The translations under genes were made by a program, and so were the position numbers. Below are positions 12,220 through 21,772 of a DNA stretch of 64,000 bases, one piece after another. The notes below the pieces were generated by a model. It saw only the letters and a program-made list of their open reading frames with translations. It was not told the DNA's origin and did no database searches. Where the stretch lies: assembly GCA_021789495.1 (NCBI GenBank), contig JAJYJM010000002.1:26399-90398 (forward strand), in the 5' to 3' direction. Source of the stretch: Nitrospirota bacterium (GTDB lineage Bacteria > Nitrospirota > JACRHJ01). Position 1 is the first letter of the stretch. Each line of letters opens with the position of its first letter.

Positions 12220-12855
12220 ATGCTCCCCTTAACCGAATACATAAAAATATTTGTCGCGCTCGTCTCCATCGTTGACCCCGTCGGGGCCATACCGATACTC
12301 GTGGGCCTGACCGAGGGCATGAGCGAGGCGGAGAGAAGGAACATCGCCCGCGTGACTGGTCTTTCCGTCGCGGCGATACTTGTCGGTTCGGCGCTGTTCG
12401 GCAGGATAATTCTGGGCGTCTTCGGCATAAGCATCGGCTCGTTCAAGATAGGCGGCGGGATAATAATCCTCCTCATGGCCGTATCCATGATGCAGGCGCG
12501 CAATACCAGCGCGCGGCAGACGGCGGAAGAATACCAGGAGGCGGAGGAGAAAAAGAGCATCGCCGTCGTGCCAATAGCCATGCCGCTTCTGGCCGGCCCC
12601 GCCGCAATCTCGACCGTCATGGTCTATGCGCAGTCACCCTACGGACCACTGCATATCGCCGTTATCGTATTCATCTGCATACTGGTCGCATTCCTTACCT
12701 GGGTATTGCTCCGGGCGGCGGGCAGGGTAAGCCGCGTCATGTCGAGAACGGCCATAAACGTCGTTACGCGCCTTATGGGGCTTCTGCTCGCGGCAATCTC
12801 CGTGGAGCTTATCACCGGCGGCCTGTCCCAGATTTTTCCAGCCCTGACAAAATAA
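12220..12855 (+). CDS. MarC-family integral membrane protein
   Basis: IVDPVGAIP, VVPIAMPLLAGPAAIS and TRLMGLLLAAI. Confidence 0.92.
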   Translation: MLPLTEYIKIFVALVSIVDPVGAIPILVGLTEGMSEAERRNIARVTGLSVAAILVGSALFGRIILGVFGISIGSFKIGGGIIILLMAVSMMQARNTSARQTAEEYQEAEEKKSIAVVPIAMPLLAGPAAISTVMVYAQSPYGPLHIAVIVFICILVAFLTWVLLRAAGRVSRVMSRTAINVVTRLMGLLLAAISVELITGGLSQIFPALTK

Positions 12856-12894
12856 TTCACGCGAAAAAGATTCCTTTTGCTATACTTTAATTTT

Positions 12895-13737
12895 ATGAAA
12901 CCCACAGTATTTTGCACTGTTATATTCATAGCCGCCCTTTGCGCCCTTTTGCCGGCGCTTGCGCGGGCCCACGGGGTATTCGAGACACAGGCCGAGCAGA
13001 ACGAGATACTCAAATATTCGAAGGTTGACGAGAAGCTTGGGGCAACCGTCCCCAAAGGGCTGGTATTCAGAGACGAGATGGGCAGGCCTTTTAATCTCGA
13101 CGATTATCTTAAGGACAAACCCGTTCTCCTGACGCTCAACTACTACGAATGCCCCATGCTCTGTCCCATAATCCTGAATAACCTTGCCCATACAATGGAC
13201 CATATTGGCGGCATCACGCCGGGCAGGGACTTCAAATTATTGACCGTGAGCATCAATTCCGAGGGCACGCTCCCCGACGCGCGCGACAGGGCCGAGGAGA
13301 CATACAGGATGGTCTCAAAGTACAAAGACCCGCGTCGCTGGTGGCCGTTCCTGCTGGGAGACGAGCAGAACATACGGGCGCTTACGGACTCCGTGGGCTT
13401 CCACTATAAAAAACTCGGCCCGGACAATTTCGCCCATCCCTCTGTGCTTGTCGTGCTCGCGCCGGGCGGCAAAATATCGAGGTATCTGTACGGGGTAACC
13501 TATTCACCGAGGGACCTGCGGCTCGCGCTCATCGAGGCGTCCAGTGGCAAAATAGGCGCGTCGGAAACCTTAAACAGGCTGTTCCTCTTCTGCTATCACT
13601 ACGACCCGGTCGGCAAGAAATATCAGCTGCTCGCGTTAAACGTCGCCAAGCTCATCGGCGGATTTACGATACTCAGCCTGTTGGTCATGTTCGGCATCCT
13701 CCGGCTTACGGGGCGCAGGAGAAAGCCGGATGAGTAG
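12895..13737 (+). CDS. SCO1/SenC family copper chaperone for cytochrome c oxidase
   Basis: YYECPMLC (CxxxC), FAHP, and a C-terminal TM helix. First gene of the cox cluster. Confidence 0.9.
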   Translation: MKPTVFCTVIFIAALCALLPALARAHGVFETQAEQNEILKYSKVDEKLGATVPKGLVFRDEMGRPFNLDDYLKDKPVLLTLNYYECPMLCPIILNNLAHTMDHIGGITPGRDFKLLTVSINSEGTLPDARDRAEETYRMVSKYKDPRRWWPFLLGDEQNIRALTDSVGFHYKKLGPDNFAHPSVLVVLAPGGKISRYLYGVTYSPRDLRLALIEASSGKIGASETLNRLFLFCYHYDPVGKKYQLLALNVAKLIGGFTILSLLVMFGILRLTGRRRKPDE

Positions 13738-14674
13738 CGCCCCGACAGCGTTCGGGGCAGCGTCGCACGTGGCCTCGGAAGTGGACAACGTATTCATCTT
13801 CATCCTTGTCATCACCGCGTTTTTCTTCGTCGCCACGCAGGGGACGCTGATATATTTCGTCATAAGATACCGGCACAGGAAGGGCCGGCCGGACGTCGCC
13901 ACATCCTCCGTCATAACGAACCGCATCCTGGAAGGTATATGGATAGGCGTTCCAAGCATCGCGGTCGCGGCCATTTTCTTCTATGGATATACCGTATGGG
14001 AGGATATACGCACGGTGCCGAAGGGCGCCGAGGAGATTAACGTAACGGCAAGACAGTGGCTCTACCAGTTCCAGTATCCCGACGGGCGGAAGTCCATAAA
14101 CGAAGTCCGCGTGCCGGTGGGCCAAGCGGTGGAGTTCAACCTGACATCGGCGGACGTCCTGCATGGGTTTTATCTCCCCGCCTTCCGCATAAAGCAGGAC
14201 GCCGTCCCGGGCAGGTATACGTATGTATGGCTCCGGGCGTCAGACCCCGGGAGCTACGACATATTCTGCACGCAGTACTGCGGCGTGGGCCACTCTCAGA
14301 TGCGGGCAAAGCTTATAGTCATGCCCCCGGCCCGGTATCGGCAGTGGTACCGGCAGGAGACGGCGAAGGCCGAGAAGGTCCTGCCGCTTGCGGACAAGGG
14401 GAAGGCGGTGGTTCAGAGGCTCGGATGCCTCGCCTGCCACTCCACCGACGGCACGGTAAAGGTCGGGCCGACATGGAAGAACCTGTACGAAAGCCGCGTG
14501 CTGCTTGAGAACGGAAAGACGGTCATAGCCGACGACAATTACATCAGGACGAAAATATTGAATCCCGCGGCGACGACCGTCAAGGGATTCCCGAAGGTTA
14601 TGCCGACGTTCAAGGGCATCATAAAAGACGACGAGATAACCGCCGTTATAGCGTATATAAAGACATTGAAATAA
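13730..14674 (+). CDS. coxB: Cytochrome c oxidase subunit II with fused c-type cytochrome (caa3-type)
   Basis: CuA ligands DVLHGF...[12 protein letters not shown] and C-terminal CLACH heme motif. Confidence 0.95.
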   Translation: MSSAPTAFGAASHVASEVDNVFIFILVITAFFFVATQGTLIYFVIRYRHRKGRPDVATSSVITNRILEGIWIGVPSIAVAAIFFYGYTVWEDIRTVPKGAEEINVTARQWLYQFQYPDGRKSINEVRVPVGQAVEFNLTSADVLHGFYLPAFRIKQDAVPGRYTYVWLRASDPGSYDIFCTQYCGVGHSQMRAKLIVMPPARYRQWYRQETAKAEKVLPLADKGKAVVQRLGCLACHSTDGTVKVGPTWKNLYESRVLLENGKTVIADDNYIRTKILNPAATTVKGFPKVMPTFKGIIKDDEITAVIAYIKTLK

Positions 14675-14684
14675 TGACAGCTAT

Positions 14685-16295
14685 ATGATCAATGGTCTGA
14701 TTATGAACGAAACCTCTGAGCCTAATTACTTAACCGAGACCCGCGGCCTGTCCTCCTGGATATTCACGCTCGACCACAAGAGGATAGGGATTATGTACCT
14801 GTGCATTATCCTGTTCTTTTTCCTGGTCGGCGGCGTGTTCGGTCTGCTTGTGCGGCTGGAGCTTTTGAAGCCTAACAACTGGCTGATGTCCAACCAGACC
14901 TACAACGAGATGTTCACCCTGCACGGGGTGATAATGATATTCCTGTTCGTCATCCCCGTAATACCGTCCGCGCTGGGGAATTTCTTCATACCGCTTTTGA
15001 TTGGCGCGCGCGATGTTGCGTTCCCACGGCTCAATCTCTTCAGTGTCTGGTTGTTCGGGGCCGGCGTCCTTGTCGTAATAGCCTCCTTTTCTCATCCCAT
15101 AGACACCGGCTGGACCTTTTATACCCCCTATTCTGCGAGGACCGCCGCCGCCGTGACGATACTGGTCGGCGGGATATTCCTGATGGGCATGTCCACGATA
15201 CTCACCGCGCTGAACTTTATCGTCACAATACACAGGCTCCGCGCGCCGGGCATGACGTGGCACAGGCTCCCGCTATTTATCTGGAGCATGTACGCGACCA
15301 GCATAATAAATGTCATCGCGACGCCGGTCGTCGGCATGACGTTCATGCTCCTTATGGCGGAGAGGCTTTTCGGAATCGGTTTCTTCGACCCCGCCAAGGG
15401 CGGAGACCCGCTTCTCTTCCAGCACTTCTTCTGGTTCTACTCCCATCCTGCGGTATATGTTATGATACTCCCCGCAATGGGCATTATAAGCGAGATTATA
15501 CCGGTATTCTCCAGGAAGCCCATATTCGGATACAGGGCCATAGCCTATTCCTCGATGGCCATCGCGTTCTCCGGGTTCCTTGTATGGGGTCACCACATGT
15601 TCGTCGCCGGGATGTCCAACGCTGCGGACATATTCTTCTCGTTCTTCACGTTCTCCGTCGCCGTCCCGACGGGCATAAAGGTCTTCAACTGGATAGCGAC
15701 TATGTATAAGGGATCGATTCATCTTGACACGCCCATGATATACGCGCTGACGTTCATATTCTCTTTCGTCATAGGAGGGCTTACCGGCCCGTTCCTCGGC
15801 GCGCTGGCCACGGACGTCCCTCTGCACGACACGTATTTTGTCGTCGCGCACTTTCATTACACCATGATGGGCGGGACGGTCATGGGACTCTTCGCCGGGC
15901 TTCACTACTGGTATCCGAAGATGACGGGCAGGATGCTTAACGAAAAGGTGGCGAAACTCGCCTGGGCGCTGATATTCGTGGGCTTCTTCGTAACGTTTTT
16001 CAACATGTTTATCCTGGGCTTCCGAGGGATGCCGAGGCGATGGGCGACCTACCCGCCCCGGTTCCAGACCCAGCACATAATATCCACGGTAGGCTCATGG
16101 ATACTTGCGGCGGGCATCGTGATAATGTTCTATAACTTTATCCGGTGCCTCAAAAAAGGAGAGAAGGCCCCGCCCAATCCCTGGGGAGCGAAAACGCTCG
16201 AATGGCAGGTGCCGTCTCCGCCGCCGACCGGGAACTTCACGGAGATACCCGTGATAACCGACTGGCCGTACAGTTATCCGAAAAGGGATGAGTGA
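14685..16295 (+). CDS. coxA: Cytochrome c oxidase subunit I, A2 family
   Basis: [21 protein letters not shown] (YS motif of the A2 type), [26 protein letters not shown] and GMPRR. Alternative start at 14703. Confidence 0.97.
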   Translation: MINGLIMNETSEPNYLTETRGLSSWIFTLDHKRIGIMYLCIILFFFLVGGVFGLLVRLELLKPNNWLMSNQTYNEMFTLHGVIMIFLFVIPVIPSALGNFFIPLLIGARDVAFPRLNLFSVWLFGAGVLVVIASFSHPIDTGWTFYTPYSARTAAAVTILVGGIFLMGMSTILTALNFIVTIHRLRAPGMTWHRLPLFIWSMYATSIINVIATPVVGMTFMLLMAERLFGIGFFDPAKGGDPLLFQHFFWFYSHPAVYVMILPAMGIISEIIPVFSRKPIFGYRAIAYSSMAIAFSGFLVWGHHMFVAGMSNAADIFFSFFTFSVAVPTGIKVFNWIATMYKGSIHLDTPMIYALTFIFSFVIGGLTGPFLGALATDVPLHDTYFVVAHFHYTMMGGTVMGLFAGLHYWYPKMTGRMLNEKVAKLAWALIFVGFFVTFFNMFILGFRGMPRRWATYPPRFQTQHIISTVGSWILAAGIVIMFYNFIRCLKKGEKAPPNPWGAKTLEWQVPSPPPTGNFTEIPVITDWPYSYPKRDE

Positions 16296-16888
16296 TGAGC
16301 GAACGGGAAAAAGGGGGCCACGAAAACCCGGTTTTCGTGCTGGAGACCTCGAAGCTCGGCATATGGACATTCCTTGCGACGGAACTCCTGCTTTTCGGCG
16401 CGCTCTTTACGGTCTACACGGTATTCAGGATAAAATATCCGGAGCTTTTCTATGCCCAGCACTTGAAACTTAACCGCGTAATGGGTTTTGCGAACACGGT
16501 AGTCCTGATATGCAGCAGCTTGAGCGTCGCCGTCGGCATCGCGGGGATAAGAAGGGGAAACGTGAAGGCGCTGAAAATCGCCCTCGTCGTCACACTCATT
16601 CTCGGCGCGGCGTTCCTGGTGATAAAGGGTTTCGAGTACAGGGAGCACTTCGAGCGCGGGGAGTTTCCGGGCACGAACATATTCTTCTCGCTATACTACG
16701 TGATGACCGCCATACATGCCCTGCACGTCGTGGCCGGGATGTCTGCGCTTGCCTACTGCCTCATCAGGACAATGCGTGGGGACTTTTCGGCGGATTACGC
16801 CGTGCCGGTCGAGGTCTCAGGGATATACTGGCACTTTGTCGATCTCGTATGGATATACCTCTTTCCCATGCTGTATCTTATGGGATAA
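16292..16888 (+). CDS. coxC: Cytochrome c oxidase subunit III
   Basis: [24 protein letters not shown] and [14 protein letters not shown]. Confidence 0.95.
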   Translation: MMSEREKGGHENPVFVLETSKLGIWTFLATELLLFGALFTVYTVFRIKYPELFYAQHLKLNRVMGFANTVVLICSSLSVAVGIAGIRRGNVKALKIALVVTLILGAAFLVIKGFEYREHFERGEFPGTNIFFSLYYVMTAIHALHVVAGMSALAYCLIRTMRGDFSADYAVPVEVSGIYWHFVDLVWIYLFPMLYLMG

Positions 16889-16901
16889 GGATGTGAGAGA
16901 C

Positions 16902-17198
16902 ATGAACGAACAGACGCGGGTTAAAGAGCGCGGGATGGCGGCGTACAGGACATATATTTTCGTCTGGGGAGCGCTTCTTTGTCTCACGGTCATCACGTGG
17001 GGAGTTTCCTATCTCCGGCTTGGGCTTTTCAATGCGGTTGTGGCGCTTACGATAGCCTCGGTCAAGGCGTCTCTCGTGGCGCTCTTCTTCATGCACTTGA
17101 AGTCAGAGAAGGAGCTGGTCTGGACATTCGCCCTGCTCCCGATTGGGTTCCTTGCGCTTCTTATCCTGGGCACGCTCACCGACTCTCTGTTCCGGTGA
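16902..17198 (+). CDS. coxD: Cytochrome c oxidase subunit IV
   Basis: Three TM helices and KASLVALFFMHLK. Confidence 0.88.
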   Translation: MNEQTRVKERGMAAYRTYIFVWGALLCLTVITWGVSYLRLGLFNAVVALTIASVKASLVALFFMHLKSEKELVWTFALLPIGFLALLILGTLTDSLFR

Positions 17199-17215
17199 AA
17201 AAGGAGGTTTATTAA

Positions 17216-18088
17216 ATGCTCGGTAAAATTACCCTCGGAGCTTTCTTTACACTGCTTATCTGGGGCAACCTTGTCGCCGGCATGAAGGCGGGGCTCGGTT
17301 GCCCGGACTGGCCGCTATGCCACGGGAGTCTTCTGCCGCCCTTTAATCTGGACACCTACATGGAATACGGCCACAGGGTAATAGCGTCAATCGCGACAGT
17401 CCTGCTTATTTGGCTCTCCTCAAGGCGGCTTAAGAGTTACCGCGGGGCCGCGAAGGCAATCCCTCTGGCTGCGATAGGGCTTATAGCGCTGGAGATACTC
17501 CTTGGCGGGTTCGTGGTGCTATTCGGCCTGCCGGTTCAGCTTACCACCATTCACTTCATGGTCGGGCTTTGCATGTTTACGATGGTCTTTTACATGGCCG
17601 TTTTCGACGGGCGCAGGCTTGAGCCGGCATTTTCGGCCTCCGGCGCGGCGGGATTTCTCCTGGGCCTTGGGGCGCTCGTATTTTGCCAGGCGTCCCTGGG
17701 CGCGTATGTCAGGCATTCCGGTTCCGGGCTTGCATGTCCGGACTTCCCGCTATGCGAAGGAAGGGTGCTTCCGTCGCTTTCCGACCCGAAGATCCTCGCA
17801 CAGTATTCGCACAGGCTCTCGGCCTATCTTATCCTTGCCACCGCCCTGGTTTTTTATATATACGCCCTTGTCGGCATAGGCGGCGAGAGGTTCAGGAAAC
17901 GGGCGCTTTTGATACTCGGCCTTATAGCGGTTCAGATAATCGCGGGAGCGGTGGTGGTGTTTTCCAGGCTTTATTTTGCGGCGACGGCAGTTCACCTGGC
18001 GATAGCGCTCCTGCTTATCATGGTCATAGGCCGCCTGTGGGCGGACGAAGCCGTTACAAGCTCTGGGGCGAGGGAATCCCTGCCCTAA
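17216..18088 (+). CDS. ctaA: Heme A synthase (COX15/CtaA)
   Basis: GLGCPDWPLCHG, EYGHR, GLACPDFPLC, HRL and HL. Confidence 0.92.
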   Translation: MLGKITLGAFFTLLIWGNLVAGMKAGLGCPDWPLCHGSLLPPFNLDTYMEYGHRVIASIATVLLIWLSSRRLKSYRGAAKAIPLAAIGLIALEILLGGFVVLFGLPVQLTTIHFMVGLCMFTMVFYMAVFDGRRLEPAFSASGAAGFLLGLGALVFCQASLGAYVRHSGSGLACPDFPLCEGRVLPSLSDPKILAQYSHRLSAYLILATALVFYIYALVGIGGERFRKRALLILGLIAVQIIAGAVVVFSRLYFAATAVHLAIALLLIMVIGRLWADEAVTSSGARESLP

Positions 18089-18100
18089 GAGAACTCTCGC

Positions 18101-19003
18101 ATGACAATGAAATTTTCGAGACATATGTTCAGCATCATGAAGCCCGGCATTGCTTCGGCCTCCGCCTTGGCGTCCCTCGCCGGGATGTCTATCGCCGACA
18201 GGGGCCTGCCGTCAGCAAGACTGATTGTATTGACGCTTTCCTGCATTATTGCCGCAGCATGCGGCTCCGGGCTGTTAAATGTGCTGCTGGAGCGGGAAAC
18301 GGACGCGCTGATGCCCAGGGTTGCCTCCAGGGGCCGGGCGCTCGATGCCTTGGGCGTCCGGACAGCCTGGGTTCTGGCCGCCCTGCTTACGGCATCGTCT
18401 TTTATGGCTTCCTGGCTGTTTATCAACCCTGCCGCCTCGTTAATTATCGCGTCCGCCGTATTACTTTATGTTGTTTTTTATACCCTTTGCCTGAAAAAAA
18501 ACTCCCCTTTCGGAACCGTGCTGGGAGCGGTGCCCGGCGCCCTTCCCGTGCTTGCGGGCTATGCGGCGGTTGACCCGAAAATCGGCCCTGGAGGCTGGAT
18601 ACTTTTCGCGGTGCTTCTTGTATGGCAGCAGCCGCACTTCCTCGCCCTCGCGCTTGAATACCGGGAGGAATACGCCTCCGCCGGTTTTCCGGTGATGCCT
18701 GTTCGCATGGGAGAGGAATATACCAGGGCATCGCTTCTTATGTACGCCTCCGCCATGTTGCCTCTTACGCTTTCGCTTGCATGGCTCGGCTTTTGCACGG
18801 CAATGTTCGGTATTGCGGCCTTTGCCGCCGGGACGTTGTTCCTTGCCTTCACATGGTCTTCCGTTATAAAAAACAGGGGGTTCGGGAGGGTTTTCACGGT
18901 CTCGATCATATATCTCGCCGCCCTGCTTCTTGCCATTGTGCTCGACCAGAAATTCGGCCTTGAAAACCGTAATTTGACAGGGCCGCTTTTTTTGCTAAAC
19001 TGA
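18101..19003 (+). CDS. cyoE: Protoheme IX farnesyltransferase (heme O synthase)
   Basis: KPGI, N..LERETDALMPR, YT..LKK, GAVPGALP and WQQPHF...EEY..AG.P. Confidence 0.9.
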   Translation: MTMKFSRHMFSIMKPGIASASALASLAGMSIADRGLPSARLIVLTLSCIIAAACGSGLLNVLLERETDALMPRVASRGRALDALGVRTAWVLAALLTASSFMASWLFINPAASLIIASAVLLYVVFYTLCLKKNSPFGTVLGAVPGALPVLAGYAAVDPKIGPGGWILFAVLLVWQQPHFLALALEYREEYASAGFPVMPVRMGEEYTRASLLMYASAMLPLTLSLAWLGFCTAMFGIAAFAAGTLFLAFTWSSVIKNRGFGRVFTVSIIYLAALLLAIVLDQKFGLENRNLTGPLFLLN

Positions 19004-19202
19004 TTATAATAATAAGATGTCCGTTGTTCTTTGCGGCTGTCGATTTCTTTGTAGCACAAGCTTTGAGAGACCTTACCCAGATAGCCACCTGATTTCCTGC
19101 AGAAATCCGCTTCAAAACCTTCCGGCAACCGCAACCAAACCTTACGGGAATAACCGCGCTCTATCGCTTTGTCATGGTTGGCGATGCGGCGGGAAACGGC
19201 TT

Positions 19203-20372
19203 ATGATGGATGGCGGCATGGATATAGCCTTCTTCGGGCCTGGCCCGCTCTCAGTCTGCCGGAATGGCGCCTCGGCCTATTACCGCGGAATAATCTGTGC
19301 GCTGCACGAGCGCGGGCACAGTATTACGTTTTACGAGCCGGGCACGACGGCAGGCCAAGGACACCTGGCTCGAAACCGGATTGGCAGCCGGTCGAACGGC
19401 CAGGAATGGGCCTCCGTGCTCGTATATCCGCCGAATGAGGAGGGCGCGCGCCGCGCGATTAAGATGGCGCAGGAGGCGGATATACTGATAAAAATCTCCT
19501 GCGGCGGAGACCGGCCAATCGGTCCGACCGACAGCCCGCATATGGAAGGTATGCGAGCGCCGAAGCGGCTCCAGCCGCTTGACCGGCTGGACACCTGGCT
19601 CGAAGAGGCCGTATTGACCGCAAGAAAGGACGGAGCAAGGGCCGTATTCTGGGACGTGGACGCCCCGGCGACGCTTGAACGCCTGCGTCAAAACGGCAAA
19701 GACCCCTTCATGCGTCTTGTGCCGGGATACGATTATATATTCACATACGGAGGCGGGACGCCCGTAATCAAGGGATACAGGGAATTGGGCGCAAAATCCT
19801 GCGTGCCCATATACAACGCGCTTGACCCTTTGGTACATTACCCTGCGCCCTGCGATAAAAGGTTCCATGCGGATATGTCTTTTTTGGGAAACCGCATACC
19901 GTCCAGGGAGGCGCGGATGGAGGAGTTTTATCTCCGCCCGGCGCGTATGTTGAAACATAAATCCTTTGTGCTGGGCGGAACCGGATGGGAAGGGAAGGCA
20001 AAACCGCCGAACGTGCGTTACGTGGGGGACGTTCGTCCATGCGATCAAAACGCCTTTAACTGCTCAGCGAAAACGGCGCTGGACGTTTGTTGGGGGAGAG
20101 CGGCGCTCGCGGGCTGCATGCCGTCGGCGCGCATATTCGAGGCCGCGGGCGCGGGCGCGTGTATAATAACCGACCCCCTGGATGGAATAGAACTGTTCTT
20201 TGAGCCGGGCAGAGAGATACTTACGGCAAAAGACGGGGAAGAGGTGGCGGAGATACTTGCATCGCTGAGTCCGGACGACGCCAGGGAGATAGGCCAGGCC
20301 GCGCTCTCGAAGGTTCTGGCCCAGCATACCTATGCGCACCGCGCGGCGCAGTTCGAGATGGTCTTCGGCTGA
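19203..20372 (+). CDS. CgeB-family glycosyltransferase
   Basis: NGASAYYRG, FWDVDAPATL, TYGGG, YNALDP, SARIFEAAGAG and HTYAHRA. The start is uncertain (19203-19218). Confidence 0.8.
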   Translation: MMDGGMDIAFFGPGPLSVCRNGASAYYRGIICALHERGHSITFYEPGTTAGQGHLARNRIGSRSNGQEWASVLVYPPNEEGARRAIKMAQEADILIKISCGGDRPIGPTDSPHMEGMRAPKRLQPLDRLDTWLEEAVLTARKDGARAVFWDVDAPATLERLRQNGKDPFMRLVPGYDYIFTYGGGTPVIKGYRELGAKSCVPIYNALDPLVHYPAPCDKRFHADMSFLGNRIPSREARMEEFYLRPARMLKHKSFVLGGTGWEGKAKPPNVRYVGDVRPCDQNAFNCSAKTALDVCWGRAALAGCMPSARIFEAAGAGACIITDPLDGIELFFEPGREILTAKDGEEVAEILASLSPDDAREIGQAALSKVLAQHTYAHRAAQFEMVFG

Positions 20373-20394
20373 AGGTTGGCAAGGGGGTAGTGAA

Positions 20395-21486
20395 ATGCGT
20401 ATCGTCATCCTTGGACATTCCATAACGTCTTCCTGGGGCAACGGCCATGCCGTCGCCTATAGATGCCTGGCGCGTGAGCTTTCGGGACTGGGGCACGAAG
20501 TCCTGTTTCTCGAGCGAGACCTGCCGCAGCATGCAAAAAACCGGGACATGCCCAGGCCGCCTTACTGCCGCACATGTCTTTACGGCGACGTAGCTGAACT
20601 AAGAAAAAAATTCATCGAAGACATAATGACCGCCGACTGCGTCATCGTCGGCTCGTATGTGCCGGAAGGCGCAAAGGTGGGCGAACTAGTAACATCCGGC
20701 GCCAGGGGCGTGACCGTCTTTTACGACCTGGACGCCCCGCTCACGCTCGCAGGCCTCAAGGAGGGACGGTGCGGCTATCTTACACGAAAGCTCGTAAGAA
20801 ACTACTCCATTTATCTCTCCTCCACCTCGGGGCCGATACTTGAGAAAATCGAGCGGGAGTTCGGCTCTCCCATGGCCAGGCCGCTTTACTGTCCCGCCGA
20901 CCCGGAGACCTGCTACCCTGAGGTTGTAACCGACCGCCGCATCTGGGACATGGGGTATATGGGGACTTACAGCCCGGACCGGCAGCAATCGCTCGAAGAG
21001 ATGATGCTCAAGGCCGCGAAGAAACTTAAAACCAAGACATTCGTTGTGGCGGGCCCGCAGTATCCGGAAGATATAACGTGGCCGCTTAACATTCAGAGAC
21101 TGGAATACCTGCCGCAGGCCATGCACAGGAGGTTTTACAATTCTCAAAAATTTACGCTGAACATCACCCGCGCCGACATGAAAAGGGCCGGATACTCCCC
21201 GCCGGGGCGTCTGTTCGAGGCGGCGGCATGCGGCACGCCGATTATAAGCGACCTGTGGGAGGGCCTAAGCGAGATATTCGAGCCGGGAAGGGAAATACTT
21301 ATCTCGCGCTCCGCCGAGGAGACGATGGACTACCTGCTTTATACGCCGGAGCGGGAAAGGGTAAAACTCGGCATAAGGGCGAGGGAGCGGGTTCTCGGTT
21401 CCCATACCGCCGCGCACAGGGCAACAGAGCTTGAAGATTACATCCGCGAGGCCTCAGGCGCTGCGAGGCTTAGGAAGGCGGGGTAA
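20395..21486 (+). CDS. CgeB-family glycosyltransferase
   Basis: SSWGNGHA..YR, VGSYVPEG, GTYSPDRQ, RLFEAAACG and HTAAHRA. Confidence 0.85.
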   Translation: MRIVILGHSITSSWGNGHAVAYRCLARELSGLGHEVLFLERDLPQHAKNRDMPRPPYCRTCLYGDVAELRKKFIEDIMTADCVIVGSYVPEGAKVGELVTSGARGVTVFYDLDAPLTLAGLKEGRCGYLTRKLVRNYSIYLSSTSGPILEKIEREFGSPMARPLYCPADPETCYPEVVTDRRIWDMGYMGTYSPDRQQSLEEMMLKAAKKLKTKTFVVAGPQYPEDITWPLNIQRLEYLPQAMHRRFYNSQKFTLNITRADMKRAGYSPPGRLFEAAACGTPIISDLWEGLSEIFEPGREILISRSAEETMDYLLYTPERERVKLGIRARERVLGSHTAAHRATELEDYIREASGAARLRKAG

Positions 21487-21772
21487 TATTTAATATTAGG
21501 GGGCGGGAGTATTCTTGAAGAAAAATTATCTTGAACGTAAAAAAGAACGATAGCCGTTAAAGCGCAATTGTGAATAATAATTTTTCGGAAAGAATGCCCC
21601 CGCCCCCGGCACACGGCATATCCGCTAAAGAGTCGGCAACTGCGACTCGGCCTTTTCCTTGAGATCTGCGAGCATCCCGACGGTTATATTCCGGAGCTTT
21701 GCCTCCGGCAGGAACATCAGAAAGGTTTTGGGTCAGACGAATTTTCCCCTGCTCGCGACAAACGCCGCTATA

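Noticed and set aside
21568-21585. Rex operator-like TTGTGAA
   Set aside because: It is only a half site and lies between convergent genes.
21621-21710. Possible c-di-GMP-I riboswitch (GGCAAAGC..., GCAGUUGCCGA on the minus strand)
   Set aside because: The P2 GAAA tetraloop stem is lacking and there is no downstream gene in that orientation.
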